NCBI GenBank assembly: GCA_028712255.1
Contig: JAQTQJ010000008.1
Coordinates: forward strand, 7,773 to 71,772
Direction: 5' to 3'
DNA: 64,000 bases
DNA from: Candidatus Omnitrophota bacterium
GTDB taxonomy: Bacteria > Omnitrophota > Gorgyraeia > Gygaellales > Profunditerraquicolaceae
The notes under the pieces were generated by a model. That model was given only the letters and a program-made list of their open reading frames with translations, did not search any database and had not been told where the DNA came from. Position numbers and translations under genes: made by a program. Shown one piece after another: positions 10,925 through 21,728 of this stretch. Positions within the stretch are counted from its first letter, which is position 1, and each line of letters starts with the position of its first letter.

Positions 10925-11413
10925 ATGTGCCAAACTGCTTTATATCCAGGGACATTTGATCCGGTAACTAATGGCCATATTGATTTGATTTGCCGGGCGC
11001 ATGAAATTTTCCATGATGTAATTATTGCCGTGGCGCATAATCCGCATAAGAAACCGGTTTTTAGCGTTGAGGAGAGAATGTCAATGCTTAAAAAAGCTAC
11101 TGCGGGTATGGACGGGGTAACGGTTACGCATTTTGATGGCTTAGTTGTTGATTTTGCGCATAAAATGAAGGTTAAGGTTTTGGTGCGCGGGTTACGCATG
11201 CTATCAGATTTTGAATATGAATTTCAGATGGCGTTAACTAACCGTAAACTTGCCAGCGATATTGAGACTATTTTTCTCATGCCGCATGAATCTTATAGTT
11301 ATCTTTCCGCTAAATTAATCAAGGAAGCAGTTACCTTGGGAGCGGATTTATCTGATTTTGTACCGGATTTTGTGGCGGAGGCCTTGCAAAAAAAGTTACA
11401 TAGAAAAAAGTGA
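10925..11413 (+). CDS. coaD: phosphopantetheine adenylyltransferase
   Basis: 162 aa; YPGTFDPVTNGH nucleotidyltransferase motif. Confidence 0.9.
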   Translation: MCQTALYPGTFDPVTNGHIDLICRAHEIFHDVIIAVAHNPHKKPVFSVEERMSMLKKATAGMDGVTVTHFDGLVVDFAHKMKVKVLVRGLRMLSDFEYEFQMALTNRKLASDIETIFLMPHESYSYLSAKLIKEAVTLGADLSDFVPDFVAEALQKKLHRKK

Positions 11414-11823
11414 AGATAACTGTTAATCAGGTTCCTCAAGAGGGCCTGTATTTAGAAGAGAAGATTAAGCCGGCGGAATTGGATCTTGAAACAGAACTAA
11501 TAAAATTTCGCTCAGATTTACTGGTAAAAACGCATATTTATCGTATCACTAATGCGCTTACGGTTGAGTTAAATATAGAAGCGATTATGTGCGCAAATTG
11601 TTCACGCTGTCTGGATGAGTTTGAATGGGAATTTAAAAAAGATGTGCAATTAAATTTCCCCTTAGATATTAGTACTGCTTTTATTGATTTGGATCCAGAC
11701 ATAAGAGAAGAGGTAATTTTAGATTACCCCATAAAGCCTTTATGTAAAATAGATTGTAAAGGGCTTTGTGTAAAATGCGGTAAAAACAAAAACGAAGGAG
11801 GATGTAACTGTGGCTTTACCTAA
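11410..11823 (+). CDS. yceD: YceD/DUF177 family protein (23S rRNA accumulation), conserved upstream of rpmF
   Basis: 137 aa, Cys-rich C-terminus (CKGLCVKCGKN..CNC), GTG start, classic position before L32. Confidence 0.75.
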   Translation: MKITVNQVPQEGLYLEEKIKPAELDLETELIKFRSDLLVKTHIYRITNALTVELNIEAIMCANCSRCLDEFEWEFKKDVQLNFPLDISTAFIDLDPDIREEVILDYPIKPLCKIDCKGLCVKCGKNKNEGGCNCGFT

Positions 11824-12010
11824 ACGAAAGCATTCAGCAGCGCGCGGCAGAAAACGCCGTACGCATTGGAAGATCAAAGCAACCACCTTGGCAGCTTGTC
11901 CACAATGCAAGGAATTAAAACTTGCGCACCGGGCTTGCTTGGTTTGTGGATATTACGATGGCCGCCAGGTTATTGAGATTAAAGTCAAAGAGAAGAAGAA
12001 AAAGAAATAA
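11810..12010 (+). CDS. rpmF: 50S ribosomal protein L32
   Basis: MALPKRKHSAARGRKRRTHWK N-terminus; C4 zinc motif. Confidence 0.9.
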   Translation: MALPKRKHSAARGRKRRTHWKIKATTLAACPQCKELKLAHRACLVCGYYDGRQVIEIKVKEKKKKK

Positions 12011-12027
12011 TCAAATAAGTGTTGCAA

Positions 12028-12058
12028 TAGGGACTGTCCCCGGAGGGGACTGTCCCTA
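12028..12058 (+). terminator. near-perfect hairpin atagGGACTGTCCCCggaGGGGACTGTCCCtat
   Basis: 15-bp arms with one mismatch immediately after rpmF stop; related GGGGACTGTCC motif again at 14135 after fabH. Confidence 0.55.
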
Positions 12059-12106
12059 TTGTTAATAAGGCAACCAAAAGTATGCTTTAATAGCAGGAGT
12101 TAAAGA

Positions 12107-13090
12107 ATGAAAATAGTCGTTGACGCAATGGGCGGAGATTTTGCCCCTGGTGTAGTTATCGATGGCAGTTTAGACGCAATAAAAGAGTATGATGCCGAGG
12201 TTATTTTAATTGGCGATCAGCCAAAAATTGAAGCTCTCCTAAAAAAAGCTAAATATACCGGTAACAAAATTAGTGTATTGCATGCCTCTGAGGCGATTGA
12301 GATGTGTGAACCTGCAGCTAATAGTGTTCGGCGTAAAAGAAATTCATCTATTGTTTTAGGTTTAAACTTAGTTAAAGAAGGTAAAGCCGATGCATTTTTT
12401 AGCGCGGGTAATACCGGAGCAGTTGTTTGTGCAGCTACTTTAGAATTAAGGCTTTTACCGGGAATTGAGCGTCCGGGAATTGGTATCGTTACTCCTACTT
12501 TAAAAGGAGTGTCTTTTATCATTGATGTTGGAGCAAATATTGATCCTAAGCCCACGCAGTTACTGCAATATGGATTTATGGCCGATGCTTACTGCAAAAA
12601 TATCCTAAATAAAGCCAACCCTAGCGTAGGGTTATTAAACATCGGAGAAGAAGAGAAGAAGGGTACGGAATTTATCCGTGAGGCTTATGAGTTGTTGGAA
12701 AAGAGTAAATTAAATTTTATCGGCAATGTCGAAGGCAAAGATCTCTTTAAAGGTAAATGCGATATTATCATCTGCGACGGTTTTGTGGGTAATGTGGCTT
12801 TGAAGGTTTCAGAAAGTGCTGCAGAAGCAATGCAGACATTTTTAAAGCGCCATCTTTTAAGCAATATTTGGGGAAAGATTGGTTTAATTTTTATGATGCC
12901 TAACCTTAAGCGTTTTAAGAAGGAGCTTGATTACGCTGAATATGGTGGAGCGCTTTTGTTGGGGGTTAACGGCGTGGTAATTATTGGACATGGCCGTTCC
13001 AATAAAAGAGCGATCAAAAATGCCATCAGGGTAGCTAAAGAAGAAGTCGAGCGTCAGGTTAACAGCAAAATTCTGGAAGCAATAAAATGA
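12107..13090 (+). CDS. plsX: phosphate acyltransferase PlsX
   Basis: 327 aa; MKIVVDAMGGDFAP N-terminus typical of PlsX. Confidence 0.9.
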   Translation: MKIVVDAMGGDFAPGVVIDGSLDAIKEYDAEVILIGDQPKIEALLKKAKYTGNKISVLHASEAIEMCEPAANSVRRKRNSSIVLGLNLVKEGKADAFFSAGNTGAVVCAATLELRLLPGIERPGIGIVTPTLKGVSFIIDVGANIDPKPTQLLQYGFMADAYCKNILNKANPSVGLLNIGEEEKKGTEFIREAYELLEKSKLNFIGNVEGKDLFKGKCDIIICDGFVGNVALKVSESAAEAMQTFLKRHLLSNIWGKIGLIFMMPNLKRFKKELDYAEYGGALLLGVNGVVIIGHGRSNKRAIKNAIRVAKEEVERQVNSKILEAIK

Positions 13091-13143
13091 CAGCACAAGC
13101 TGTCATCCCCGCGGAAGCGGAAATCTAGCAATAGGAGTATATC

Positions 13144-14121
13144 TTGAAAAAAGTAGGGATTATTGGTGTAGGTGAATACCTGCCAGAAAAAATACTCACC
13201 AATGCCGATCTTGAAAAAATGGTGGATACTTCAGATGAGTGGATTACTACGCGCACTGGTATAAGAGAAAGGCATATGGCCGCCCCTGGCCAGGCTGCTT
13301 CGGATTTAGCTTTTAAAGCTGCTCAAAGAGCATTAGAAAATGCTAAACTTAAAGCCGAAGATTTAGATTTGATTATTGTTGCAACAATAACCCCAGATAT
13401 GCCTTTTCCCTCAGTAGCTTCAATTATTCAAGATAGGCTTGGTGCCAAAAAAGCAGTATGTTTTGATATTTCAGCAGCTTGCGCGGGCTTTGTTTACGGG
13501 CTATCTGTGGCTGAGAAATTTATTGCAGCTTCTGCTTATAAAAATGCTTTGGTAGTCGGTACCGAAGTTTTATCTTCTATTACTGATTGGCAGGATCGTA
13601 ATACCTGTGTATTATTTGGTGATGGTTCAGGAGCAGTAGTGTTATCAGAGGTAAAAAAGGGTGGAATTATTTCTACATACTTAGGATGTGATGGATCAAA
13701 AGCTGGTATATTGAATCTACCTGCCGGCGGCTCACGTAATCCGGCGACTGCCGAGACAGTCAGGAACCGCCAGCATTTTTTAAAGATGCAGGGTAATGAG
13801 TTATTTAAAATAGCAGTTAATACCATGACTGATGCGGCCGAAACTGTTTTAAAACAGGCCGGTATGACCTTTACTGATGTTGATTTGATTATTCCGCATC
13901 AGGCAAACGCGCGCATTATTATGGCTGTGGCAAAAAAATTAGGTATTCCTACGGACAGGGTTTATCTTAATATCGAGCGTTGTGGTAATATGTCCAGCGC
14001 CTCCACAGTTACTGCGCTTTGTGAAGCGGTGCAAGAAGGAAAAGTTAAGAAAGGTGATATCATTCTCCTTGATGCGTTTGGAGCGGGCCTTGTTTGGGGT
14101 GCCTGTATCATCGAATGGTAG
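13144..14121 (+). CDS. fabH: 3-oxoacyl-ACP synthase III
   Basis: 325 aa; TTG start; active-site Cys (AACAGF), His/Asn region (HQAN..GNMSSAS). Confidence 0.9.
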   Translation: MKKVGIIGVGEYLPEKILTNADLEKMVDTSDEWITTRTGIRERHMAAPGQAASDLAFKAAQRALENAKLKAEDLDLIIVATITPDMPFPSVASIIQDRLGAKKAVCFDISAACAGFVYGLSVAEKFIAASAYKNALVVGTEVLSSITDWQDRNTCVLFGDGSGAVVLSEVKKGGIISTYLGCDGSKAGILNLPAGGSRNPATAETVRNRQHFLKMQGNELFKIAVNTMTDAAETVLKQAGMTFTDVDLIIPHQANARIIMAVAKKLGIPTDRVYLNIERCGNMSSASTVTALCEAVQEGKVKKGDIILLDAFGAGLVWGACIIEW

Positions 14122-14178
14122 ATAAATATTGCAGTGGGGACTGTCCACACTTAGCTAGATACGTATTGATCGCTAAAT

Positions 14179-15090
14179 ATGCCAAAAACATTCGGTTATC
14201 TTTTTTCCGGCCAAGGTAGTCAATATGTGGGAATGGGAAAAGATCTGTATGATTCTTTTCCTCAGGCAAAAGATATCTTTGAAAAAGCAAATAAAGTTTT
14301 AGGATTTTCTATAAGCGATCTTTGTTTTAACGGCCCTTTGGATGAACTGACTGAGACCAATAATTGCCAGCCGGCGATTGTTACCATGACTATTGCCTGT
14401 TGGCAGGTCTATAAAGCCAAGCAGCCGCAGATAGACGGATTTATGGCAGGTTTGAGTTTGGGTGAGTATTCAGCTTTAGTTGCTGCGGGCGCACTTAATT
14501 TTACTGATGCGGTTTATCTAGTCAGGCAGAGAGGCCAGTTCATGGAAGAAGAGGCGCTTAAGCATCCGGGAAAGATGCTTTCGATAATCGGCCTGGATTT
14601 AGCTAAAGTTAAAGAAATCTGCGCTGAAGTTAAAGCAGAGGTAGCTAATATTAATTGTCCTGGGCAAACGGTTATTTCCGGAATTTCTGAGGCAATTGAA
14701 AAGGCGCAAATTCTAGCCAAGGAAAAGGGATCAAAGCTGGCGGTTATTCTGGATGTTAGTGGAGCATTTCATTCCTCTTTTATGCAAGAGGCTTCGGTAA
14801 AATTAGCTAAAGAGCTTGAGAAAATAAAAATAAGTACTCCTGAGTTTCCTATAATTAGCAATGTTACCGGTAAGGCCGTTTTAACCCCTGAAGAGATTAA
14901 GCAGAATTTGATCCATCAGGTTTCTGCCAGTGTGCTTTGGGATGATTCGATGAGACTGATTTTATCAAAAGGGGTGAGTAGTTTTATCGAGTTTGGCCCG
15001 GGTAAAGTGTTAAAAGGATTAATGCGCCGTATTGATAGTAATGCGCAGGTTATGAATATAGAGAAAAAGGAAGATTTGCTTAAGTCGTAA
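14179..15090 (+). CDS. fabD: malonyl CoA-ACP transacylase
   Basis: 303 aa; GQGSQYVGMG and GLSLGEYSAL motifs. Confidence 0.9.
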   Translation: MPKTFGYLFSGQGSQYVGMGKDLYDSFPQAKDIFEKANKVLGFSISDLCFNGPLDELTETNNCQPAIVTMTIACWQVYKAKQPQIDGFMAGLSLGEYSALVAAGALNFTDAVYLVRQRGQFMEEEALKHPGKMLSIIGLDLAKVKEICAEVKAEVANINCPGQTVISGISEAIEKAQILAKEKGSKLAVILDVSGAFHSSFMQEASVKLAKELEKIKISTPEFPIISNVTGKAVLTPEEIKQNLIHQVSASVLWDDSMRLILSKGVSSFIEFGPGKVLKGLMRRIDSNAQVMNIEKKEDLLKS

Positions 15091-15153
15091 GCTATAAGCC
15101 ATAAGTCTTAAGCTAAAAATTTACAGCTTATAACTTAATACTTATAGCTTATG
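15085..15153. repeat. imperfect AT-rich hairpin built from TAAGCT-type heptads (family iii)
   Basis: taagctataagccataagtcttaagct / agcttataacttaatacttatagctta arms around aaaaattt loop between fabD and fabG. Confidence 0.6.
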
Positions 15154-15171
15154 TTTTAAAAGGAGAATAAC

Positions 15172-15915
15172 ATGCGTCTAAAAGATAAAGTGGCTTTAAT
15201 AACTGGTGGAGCAAGGGGAATAGGCCAGGCAATCGCCATGACTTTTGCCAGAGAAGGCGCCGATATTGTGGTAGCGGATGTTAACCTCGAAATAACTCAG
15301 AAAACGGCTCTTGAAATTGAAGGTTTAGGCCGTAAAGCCTTGGCTTTACAGATGGATGTAACTAATTATGATGTGGTTGAAGAAGGTATAAACAAAATTC
15401 TTGACAAAATGGGAAAGGTTGATATATTAGTTAACAACGCTGGAATTACTAAGGACAATCTTTTACTTAGGATGTCTCCGGCGGATTGGGATGCGGTAAT
15501 TAATGTTAATTTAAAGGGTACTTTTAACTGTATTAAAGCCGTATCTAGGCCTATGATTAAACAGCGAAGCGGCCGGATTATCAGTATCGCTTCGATTATT
15601 GGTTTGATGGGCAATCCGGGTCAGGCAAATTACGCTGCTTCAAAAGCCGGAATAATCGCTCTTACAAAAACAGTAGCTAAGGAATTAGCCAGCCGTAATA
15701 TTAATGCTAATGCAGTAGCTCCGGGATTTATTCAGACGGAGATGACCGCGAAGCTTCCTGAAGATATAAAAAAGAAGATGTTGGAGGCAATTCCGTTAGC
15801 TAAGTTAGGTACGCCACAAGACGTAGCGAATGTTTGTTTATTTTTGGCATCTGATGAATCTAGTTATATAACTGGACAGGTAATTACGATTGATGGCGGT
15901 ATGGTCATGGCGTAA
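15172..15915 (+). CDS. fabG: 3-oxoacyl-ACP reductase
   Basis: 247 aa; [11 protein letters not shown](P) motif, SDR YxxxK. Confidence 0.9.
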   Translation: MRLKDKVALITGGARGIGQAIAMTFAREGADIVVADVNLEITQKTALEIEGLGRKALALQMDVTNYDVVEEGINKILDKMGKVDILVNNAGITKDNLLLRMSPADWDAVINVNLKGTFNCIKAVSRPMIKQRSGRIISIASIIGLMGNPGQANYAASKAGIIALTKTVAKELASRNINANAVAPGFIQTEMTAKLPEDIKKKMLEAIPLAKLGTPQDVANVCLFLASDESSYITGQVITIDGGMVMA

Positions 15916-15990
15916 AGCCTCGTAGTGGATTATTCCACTTGTCTACGCCACTTTACGTGGCAAGAGCATATAACCCAAGGAGGAAAAAGA

Positions 15991-16227
15991 ATGGCATCAC
16001 AAGAGAAAGTAAAATCAATTATAGCAGAACAGTTAGGTGTAAAACCGGAGGAAGTAACTCCTGAGGCATCATTTGTTGATGATTTAGGTGCGGATTCTCT
16101 GGATACCGTAGAGTTAGTTATGGCTTTAGAAGAGGAGTTTGGTATTGAGATTCCTGATGAGGACGCGGAGAAAATCACTACTGTTGGCGATGCCATCAAG
16201 TATATTGATGAGAAAAGCGCCAAATAA
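15991..16227 (+). CDS. acpP: acyl carrier protein
   Basis: [20 protein letters not shown] phosphopantetheine site; AGGAGG RBS before ATG at 15991 (track ORF start at 15925 is an unsupported upstream extension). Confidence 0.9.
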   Translation: MASQEKVKSIIAEQLGVKPEEVTPEASFVDDLGADSLDTVELVMALEEEFGIEIPDEDAEKITTVGDAIKYIDEKSAK

Positions 16228-16304
16228 TATAGCTAGACAACAATAAATAAATAATTTACCCCGCATTTTTTATTCTGGCGGGGTAAATTTATATTGGTAT
16301 AAAT

Positions 16305-17549
16305 ATGAAAAAGAGAGTAGTAGTTACAGGATTAGGTGTTATTTCCCCTGTAGGTAATGATGTCTTGAGCTTTTGGGGGTCATTAAAGAGTGGTCTAGGC
16401 GGAGTCGGTCCAATTACCAGCTTTGATGCAACAGCTTTTGATTCGCGAATCGCCGCAGAAGTAAAAAATTTTGATCCAACTCATTATGGAATTTCTGTTA
16501 AGGATACCAAAAGAACGGCAAGATTTGTACAGTTTGCCGTAGCTGCCGCAAAACAAGCGATCGAATCCAGCGGCCTTGTTTTAGATAAGGAAGACCGGGA
16601 TCGTATAGGCGTAATTATTGGTTCTGGAATCGGCAGCTTGCATACAATAGAAGAAGAGCATAAAGTTTTTCTAAACAAAGGCCCATCCAGGTTATCTCCA
16701 TTTTTGATTCCTATGCTTATTGTAAATGAAGCAAGCGGCTTGGTTGCCATTATGCACGGATTAAAAGGCCCGAATTCATGTGTTGCTACAGCCTGCGCTT
16801 CTGGTTCTCACGCTATAGGAGAGGCATATCGTACCATACTTTATGGCGATGCTGATATTATGATCACTGGAGGCACGGAGAGCTGTATTGTTCCTACTGC
16901 GGTGGGTGGTTTTTGCGCCTTAAGGGCTCTTTCTACTAGAAATGATGAGCCCAAAAAAGCCAGCCGGCCTTTTGATTTGGATCGTGATGGTTTTGTTATG
17001 GCTGAAGGTAGTGGTTTAGTGGTTTTAGAAAACTTAGAGCATGCTCAGAAAAGAGGCGCTAATATAATCGCCGAGATTGTGGGTTTTGGTATGACATGCG
17101 ATGCGTATCATATAACTGCGCCCGATCCTGATGGCCAGGGTGCAGCTAGCGCAATGACTATAGCTTTAAAAGACGCGAAAATGAAACCCGAAGATATAGT
17201 TTATATAAATGCCCATGGTACTTCTACTAAGCTTAATGATAAAATTGAAACTTTGTCTATGAAAAAGGCATTTGGCCAATATTGCAAGAAAGTAATGGTT
17301 TCTTCGACCAAATCTATGACCGGGCATCTTTTGGGTGCTGCCGGCGGGGTGGAATTTTTAGTTTGTTGCCTGGCAATCAAAGATGGTGTCATTCCTCCCA
17401 CCATTAATTATGAACATCCTGATCCGGAGTGTGACTTGGATTATGTGCCTAACACAGCACGAAAAGCCAATGTAACTGCCTGCATGTCTAATTCTTTAGG
17501 ATTCGGCGGGCATAACGCCTCCCTGATCGTCAAGAAGTTTAAAGCATAA
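16305..17549 (+). CDS. fabF: 3-oxoacyl-ACP synthase II
   Basis: 414 aa; active-site Cys (ATACASG), His-His ([13 protein letters not shown]). Confidence 0.9.
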   Translation: MKKRVVVTGLGVISPVGNDVLSFWGSLKSGLGGVGPITSFDATAFDSRIAAEVKNFDPTHYGISVKDTKRTARFVQFAVAAAKQAIESSGLVLDKEDRDRIGVIIGSGIGSLHTIEEEHKVFLNKGPSRLSPFLIPMLIVNEASGLVAIMHGLKGPNSCVATACASGSHAIGEAYRTILYGDADIMITGGTESCIVPTAVGGFCALRALSTRNDEPKKASRPFDLDRDGFVMAEGSGLVVLENLEHAQKRGANIIAEIVGFGMTCDAYHITAPDPDGQGAASAMTIALKDAKMKPEDIVYINAHGTSTKLNDKIETLSMKKAFGQYCKKVMVSSTKSMTGHLLGAAGGVEFLVCCLAIKDGVIPPTINYEHPDPECDLDYVPNTARKANVTACMSNSLGFGGHNASLIVKKFKA

Positions 17550-17554
17550 AATCA

Positions 17555-17599
17555 GGGGACGGTTCTCTTTTTTAAATTTTGAAAAAGAGAACCGTCCCC
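17555..17599. repeat. AT-rich palindrome family i copy
   Basis: GGGGACGGTTCTCTTTTTT..AAAAAGAGAACCGTCCCC after fabF. Confidence 0.85.
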
Positions 17600-17610
17600 T
17601 TGCTTTTAAA

Positions 17611-18882
17611 ATGCCATATACTATCGCAGAAAAAATATTATTAGCGCATTGTAAACAGAAGGCGCTCAAGCCGGGGGAGTTTATCGAGGCTAGCGTTGAT
17701 GTTGCCCTGGCCAACGATATTACCGCTCCTCTTGCAATTTCCGAATTCAAAAAATCCGGTTTCAAAAAAGTATTCAATAAAAATAAAATTGTTTTAGTTC
17801 CTGATCATTTTGCCCCTGCTAAAGATTTAAAAAGCGCCAATCAGTGTAAAATTCTAGCGAATTTTGCCAAAGAGCAGGGAATCAAAAATTATTTTGAGAT
17901 TGGTTCTATGGGTATTGAGCATGCGTTTTTACCAGAAAAAGGAATTGTTCTGCCCGGAGACCTGGTAATTGGCGCAGATTCTCATACTTGTACTTATGGA
18001 GCGTTAGGTGCATATGCCACCGGGATGGGCTCGACGGATCTAGCCCGCGCTTATATTGATGGTAAATGTTGGTTAAAGGTTCCTGCTACCCATAAATACA
18101 TATTTAAGGGTAAGTTGAATAAATGGGTGGGGGGGAAAGATTTAATCCTTTATACCATTGGCAAGATCGGCGTGGATGGGGCATTATATAAAGTAATGGA
18201 GTTTTCTGGTCCGGTGATTAAAAAATTAAGTATGGATAATCGTTTTTCCATGTGCAACATGGCAATTGAGGCAGGCGCGCGCGCCGGGTTAATTGAGCCA
18301 GATGCTATTACCAAAAAATTTGTATCCGGGTTTAAACGTAAATCCAAATTCTATTATTCAGATCCTGATGCTGTTTATGAAAAAACATACGAATGGGATG
18401 TTACGGATTTAGAGCCATTGGTTGCTTGTCCGCATTTACCCAGCAATGTTAAGCCGGCTAGGCAGTTAAAAAATATAAAAGTTGATCAGGTAGTTATCGG
18501 CTCATGCACTAATGGCAGAATTTCGGATTTACGTATTGCAGCTTCTTTACTTAAGGGTAAAAAAGTAGCCAAAGGAGTAAAATTAATTGTTTTTCCGGCA
18601 ACGCAAAAAATTTATCTGGAGGCGGTAAAAGAAGGGCTGGCGGAGATCTTTGTTAAGGCTGGCGGCGTTTTTTCGACGCCTACTTGTGGGCCATGCCTGG
18701 GCGGCCATATGGGTATTTTAACTGATGGCGAGGTGGCTATTGCTACAACCAACAGAAATTTTTTAGGTAGGATGGGTAGCCCTAAATCTTTTGTATATTT
18801 GTCTAATCCGGCGGTAGCTGCAGCCTCGGCTGTTACCGGTAAAATCACGCATCCGGATGAAATAGTCATTGCGAGGAGTTAA
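17611..18882 (+). CDS. leuC: 3-isopropylmalate dehydratase large subunit (short, archaeal/aconitase-X-like type)
   Basis: 423 aa; aconitase-family Fe-S ligands (CTNGR, CGPC) ; adjacent small subunit. Confidence 0.85.
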   Translation: MPYTIAEKILLAHCKQKALKPGEFIEASVDVALANDITAPLAISEFKKSGFKKVFNKNKIVLVPDHFAPAKDLKSANQCKILANFAKEQGIKNYFEIGSMGIEHAFLPEKGIVLPGDLVIGADSHTCTYGALGAYATGMGSTDLARAYIDGKCWLKVPATHKYIFKGKLNKWVGGKDLILYTIGKIGVDGALYKVMEFSGPVIKKLSMDNRFSMCNMAIEAGARAGLIEPDAITKKFVSGFKRKSKFYYSDPDAVYEKTYEWDVTDLEPLVACPHLPSNVKPARQLKNIKVDQVVIGSCTNGRISDLRIAASLLKGKKVAKGVKLIVFPATQKIYLEAVKEGLAEIFVKAGGVFSTPTCGPCLGGHMGILTDGEVAIATTNRNFLGRMGSPKSFVYLSNPAVAAASAVTGKITHPDEIVIARS

Positions 18883-18890
18883 ACGTTTAT

Positions 18891-18981
18891 CGTCATTCTG
18901 AGGGAGCGAAGCGACCGAAGAATCTAGATCCTTCGCCCGGAGCCTGCACTGAGCGAAGCGAATGTGGGCTCAGGATGACGG
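18891..18981. repeat. GC-rich ~90-bp MITE-like element, family ii copy A (CGTCATTCTGAG ... CTCAGGATGACG terminal IR; inner GAAGAATCTAGATCCTTC palindrome)
   Basis: seen in sequence between leuC and leuD; three further copies at 30622, 38317, 42492. Confidence 0.8.
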
Positions 18982-18997
18982 AACCAAAAGGTAAAAA

Positions 18998-19486
18998 ATG
19001 ATTATTAAAGGTAAAGTCCATAAATTTAGTGATGATATTAATACTGATGATATCATTGCAGCTAAATACCTGGTTTCTACTGACGCGCAGGAATTAGGTA
19101 AGCATTGTATGGAAACCATTAGCCCTGAATTTTCTCAAAAGGTAAGTCCTGGTGACATAATTATTGCCGGAAATAACTTCGGTTGCGGTTCAAGCCGGGA
19201 ACACGCGCCTTTGGCAATTAAAGGGTGCGGAGTTTCCGCGGTGATTGCTAAGAGTTTTGCGGCCATATTTTTCAGAAACGCCATTAATATCGGCCTGCCT
19301 TTTCTGGAATCTGCAGATGTCGATAAGATTAACGACGGTGATGTAATTGAAATAGATTTATCTACGGGTATAATTAATAATATAACACAGGATAAAAACT
19401 ATAAGACGCAGGCCTTCCCGGATTTCTTGCAACAGATTGTCGCCAGTGGCGGCTTAATTAATTATATTAAAAAACATAAGCAATAA
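18998..19486 (+). CDS. leuD: 3-isopropylmalate dehydratase small subunit
   Basis: 162 aa; aconitase swivel domain, GCGSSREHA motif. Confidence 0.85.
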   Translation: MIIKGKVHKFSDDINTDDIIAAKYLVSTDAQELGKHCMETISPEFSQKVSPGDIIIAGNNFGCGSSREHAPLAIKGCGVSAVIAKSFAAIFFRNAINIGLPFLESADVDKINDGDVIEIDLSTGIINNITQDKNYKTQAFPDFLQQIVASGGLINYIKKHKQ

Positions 19487-19530
19487 GCCGTAAGCTTATA
19501 GCTTAAAACTTAGAGCTTAAGGCTTATGCG
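19484..19530. repeat. TAAGCT-heptad imperfect hairpin (family iii)
   Basis: gccgtaagcttatagcttaaaacttagagcttaaggcttatgcgg between leuD and leuB. Confidence 0.55.
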
Positions 19531-19563
19531 GATTTAGAGTTTAAATAGACAGGGAGATAGAAA

Positions 19564-20613
19564 ATGTATAAGATAGCAGTAATACCAGGTGATGGGACGG
19601 GGCCAGAAGTAGTTTCTGAAGGGCTAAAAGTCTTGCAAGCGGCTTCTAAAAAGTTTAATTTTAAGTATGAGACAAAGTCTTTTGATTTTAGCGGGCAAAG
19701 GTACTTAAAAACGGGAAAACTGGTTGATGACAGCGATATTGAAGAATTAAAAAAATACAACGCAATCTATCTTGGCGCGGTGGGCGACCCGAATGTAAAA
19801 CCCGGTATTATTGAGACGGGTGTGTTGCTTAAGTTAAGGTTTGCTCTTGATCAATATATCAACCTGCGTCCGGTCAAGCTCTATAATTCCGCCTATTGTC
19901 CTCTTAAGGATAAGAAGCCGGAGGATATTGATTTTGTAGTTGTGCGCGAGAATTCTGAAGGCCTCTATAAAGGCATGGGGGAGTTTCAGGACAAAGGAAC
20001 TGCTGATGAAGTGGCTATTCAGATTTCTTACAATACTCGCAAAGGTGTTGAGCGATGTATCCGCTATGCTTTTGAATATACGCGTAAGCGTAATAAAAGA
20101 AAAAAACTCACCCTCTGCGGTAAAACCAATGTTTTGACCTATGCCTGGGATCTCTGGCAGCGAATATTCAATGAAGTAGCTAAAGAATATCCTGATGTAA
20201 CTACTGATTATGCCCATGTTGATGCAACGACGATGTGGTTTGTGAAGAATCCTGAATGGTTTGATGTGATTGTTACGGATAATATGTTCGGTGATATTAT
20301 TACGGATTTAGGGGCAATGATTCAGGGTGGAATGGGAATTGCTGCCGGAGGCAATATTAATCCGCAGGGGGTTTCTATGTTTGAACCAATCGGCGGAAGC
20401 GCTCCGAAATATACAGGTCAAAATGTAATTAATCCTTTAGCTGCGATTTGTGCTGTAGGTATGATGCTTGAGAATTTAGGTGAAGATAAAGCGGGCAAAG
20501 CAATTGAGAATACGGTAATTAACTTGGTGGGACATGATTTAAAATCATTAGCCGCAGGGAAAATGGGATATTCTACTACTGAGGTTGGAGATTTAGTAGT
20601 AAAAAAATTATAA
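19564..20613 (+). CDS. leuB: 3-isopropylmalate dehydrogenase
   Basis: 349 aa; isocitrate/isopropylmalate DH family, [11 protein letters not shown]-terminus, NMFGDIITD motif; leu cluster context. Confidence 0.85.
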   Translation: MYKIAVIPGDGTGPEVVSEGLKVLQAASKKFNFKYETKSFDFSGQRYLKTGKLVDDSDIEELKKYNAIYLGAVGDPNVKPGIIETGVLLKLRFALDQYINLRPVKLYNSAYCPLKDKKPEDIDFVVVRENSEGLYKGMGEFQDKGTADEVAIQISYNTRKGVERCIRYAFEYTRKRNKRKKLTLCGKTNVLTYAWDLWQRIFNEVAKEYPDVTTDYAHVDATTMWFVKNPEWFDVIVTDNMFGDIITDLGAMIQGGMGIAAGGNINPQGVSMFEPIGGSAPKYTGQNVINPLAAICAVGMMLENLGEDKAGKAIENTVINLVGHDLKSLAAGKMGYSTTEVGDLVVKKL

Positions 20614-20627
20614 GGGTTGTAAATAAA

Positions 20628-20680
20628 GGGGACGGTTCTATTTTTTACTATTTTTTAAATATAAAAATAGAACCGTCCCC
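20628..20680. repeat. AT-rich palindrome family i copy
   Basis: GGGGACGGTTCTATTTTTT..AAAATAGAACCGTCCCC after leuB. Confidence 0.85.
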
Positions 20681-20702
20681 TAGTTTCAAAAGGAGAATCT
20701 CG

Positions 20703-21728
20703 ATGAAAAAATATAATGTTGTGGTAATCGGAGCAGGGGTAGTCGGGATTGAGATACTGCGGGTCCTAAAGCAGCGTAATTTTCCTATTGATACTTTAAA
20801 GGTTTTTGCCCGTTCCGCTCGCGATATTAATGTTGATGGAGTTGTTTATTCAGTTGAGTCGATTACTCCTGATGGTTTTAACGGGATAGATATTGCCTTA
20901 TTTGCAGGAACAGAAGGAGAGAAGGGCGCTGCGGTTACTTATGCGGCGGAAGCGGTAAAAAGAGGCGCCGTGGTTATTGATAATGGGGCGGATTTTCGTA
21001 TGGACCCTAAAGTGCCTCTAGTTGTTCCGGAGGTTAATGCTGCCGATGTTAAAAAACATAAAGGAATTATTGCTAATCCTAATTGTTCGACAATTCAAAT
21101 GGTGGTAGCTCTAAATCCTATTCATAAAAAAGTAGGGATTAAAAAAATTATTGTTACTACCTTGCAGGCTTCAAGCGGAGCCGGTAAAGGAGCGGTTGAA
21201 CAATTAAATGAAGAGACGAATTTAATTGTTCAGGGTGGCTGTGAGAATATTAACGTTCAGGCGCAAAAGAAAGCTATGCCACAACAGTTAGCGTACAATT
21301 GTTTTCCGCATATCGGTAGTTTTGTGGAAGGCGATTATACTAATGAAGAGTGGAAATTGATTAATGAAACACATAAGATTATGCATGCGCCAAAGATTAA
21401 GATTTCCGCAACCACGGTACGGGTTGCGGTTAGAACCGGGCATTCAGAATCTGTATACATTGAAACTGCTAAGCCTATAACCCCTGAGCAGGCTAAAAAA
21501 ATCCTTGCCCGTTCCCCGGGAGTTGTGGTTATGGATGATCCTAAGAATCATTTATATCCCATGCCTAAGGATGTCGAGGGAAAGGATGAAACATTTGTCG
21601 GGCGTATTCGCCAGGATGTCTTTAATAAAAAAGGTTTATGGCTGTGGGTAGTGGCGGATAATCTACGTAAAGGCGCTGCCACAAATGCTGTCCAAATTGC
21701 CGAATGCATAATTTCAAGCTCCAAATAG
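20703..21728 (+). CDS. asd: aspartate-semialdehyde dehydrogenase
   Basis: 341 aa; NPNCSTI active-site Cys region. Confidence 0.9.
   Translation: MKKYNVVVIGAGVVGIEILRVLKQRNFPIDTLKVFARSARDINVDGVVYSVESITPDGFNGIDIALFAGTEGEKGAAVTYAAEAVKRGAVVIDNGADFRMDPKVPLVVPEVNAADVKKHKGIIANPNCSTIQMVVALNPIHKKVGIKKIIVTTLQASSGAGKGAVEQLNEETNLIVQGGCENINVQAQKKAMPQQLAYNCFPHIGSFVEGDYTNEEWKLINETHKIMHAPKIKISATTVRVAVRTGHSESVYIETAKPITPEQAKKILARSPGVVVMDDPKNHLYPMPKDVEGKDETFVGRIRQDVFNKKGLWLWVVADNLRKGAATNAVQIAECIISSSK

Noticed and set aside
15925-15990. N-terminal extension of acpP ([22 protein letters not shown]) and upstream starts of argB (26218), Xis (62497), Zn-ribbon ORF (59694), lipoprotein (57634)
   Set aside because: Internal Met codons with good RBS give products matching family N-termini. 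The upstream parts lack RBS and are not conserved-looking.
19940-20137. + strand ORFs nested in other frames (19940-20137 inside leuB, 51597-51842 inside pilB)
   Set aside because: Alternative frames of confidently identified genes; no independent support.
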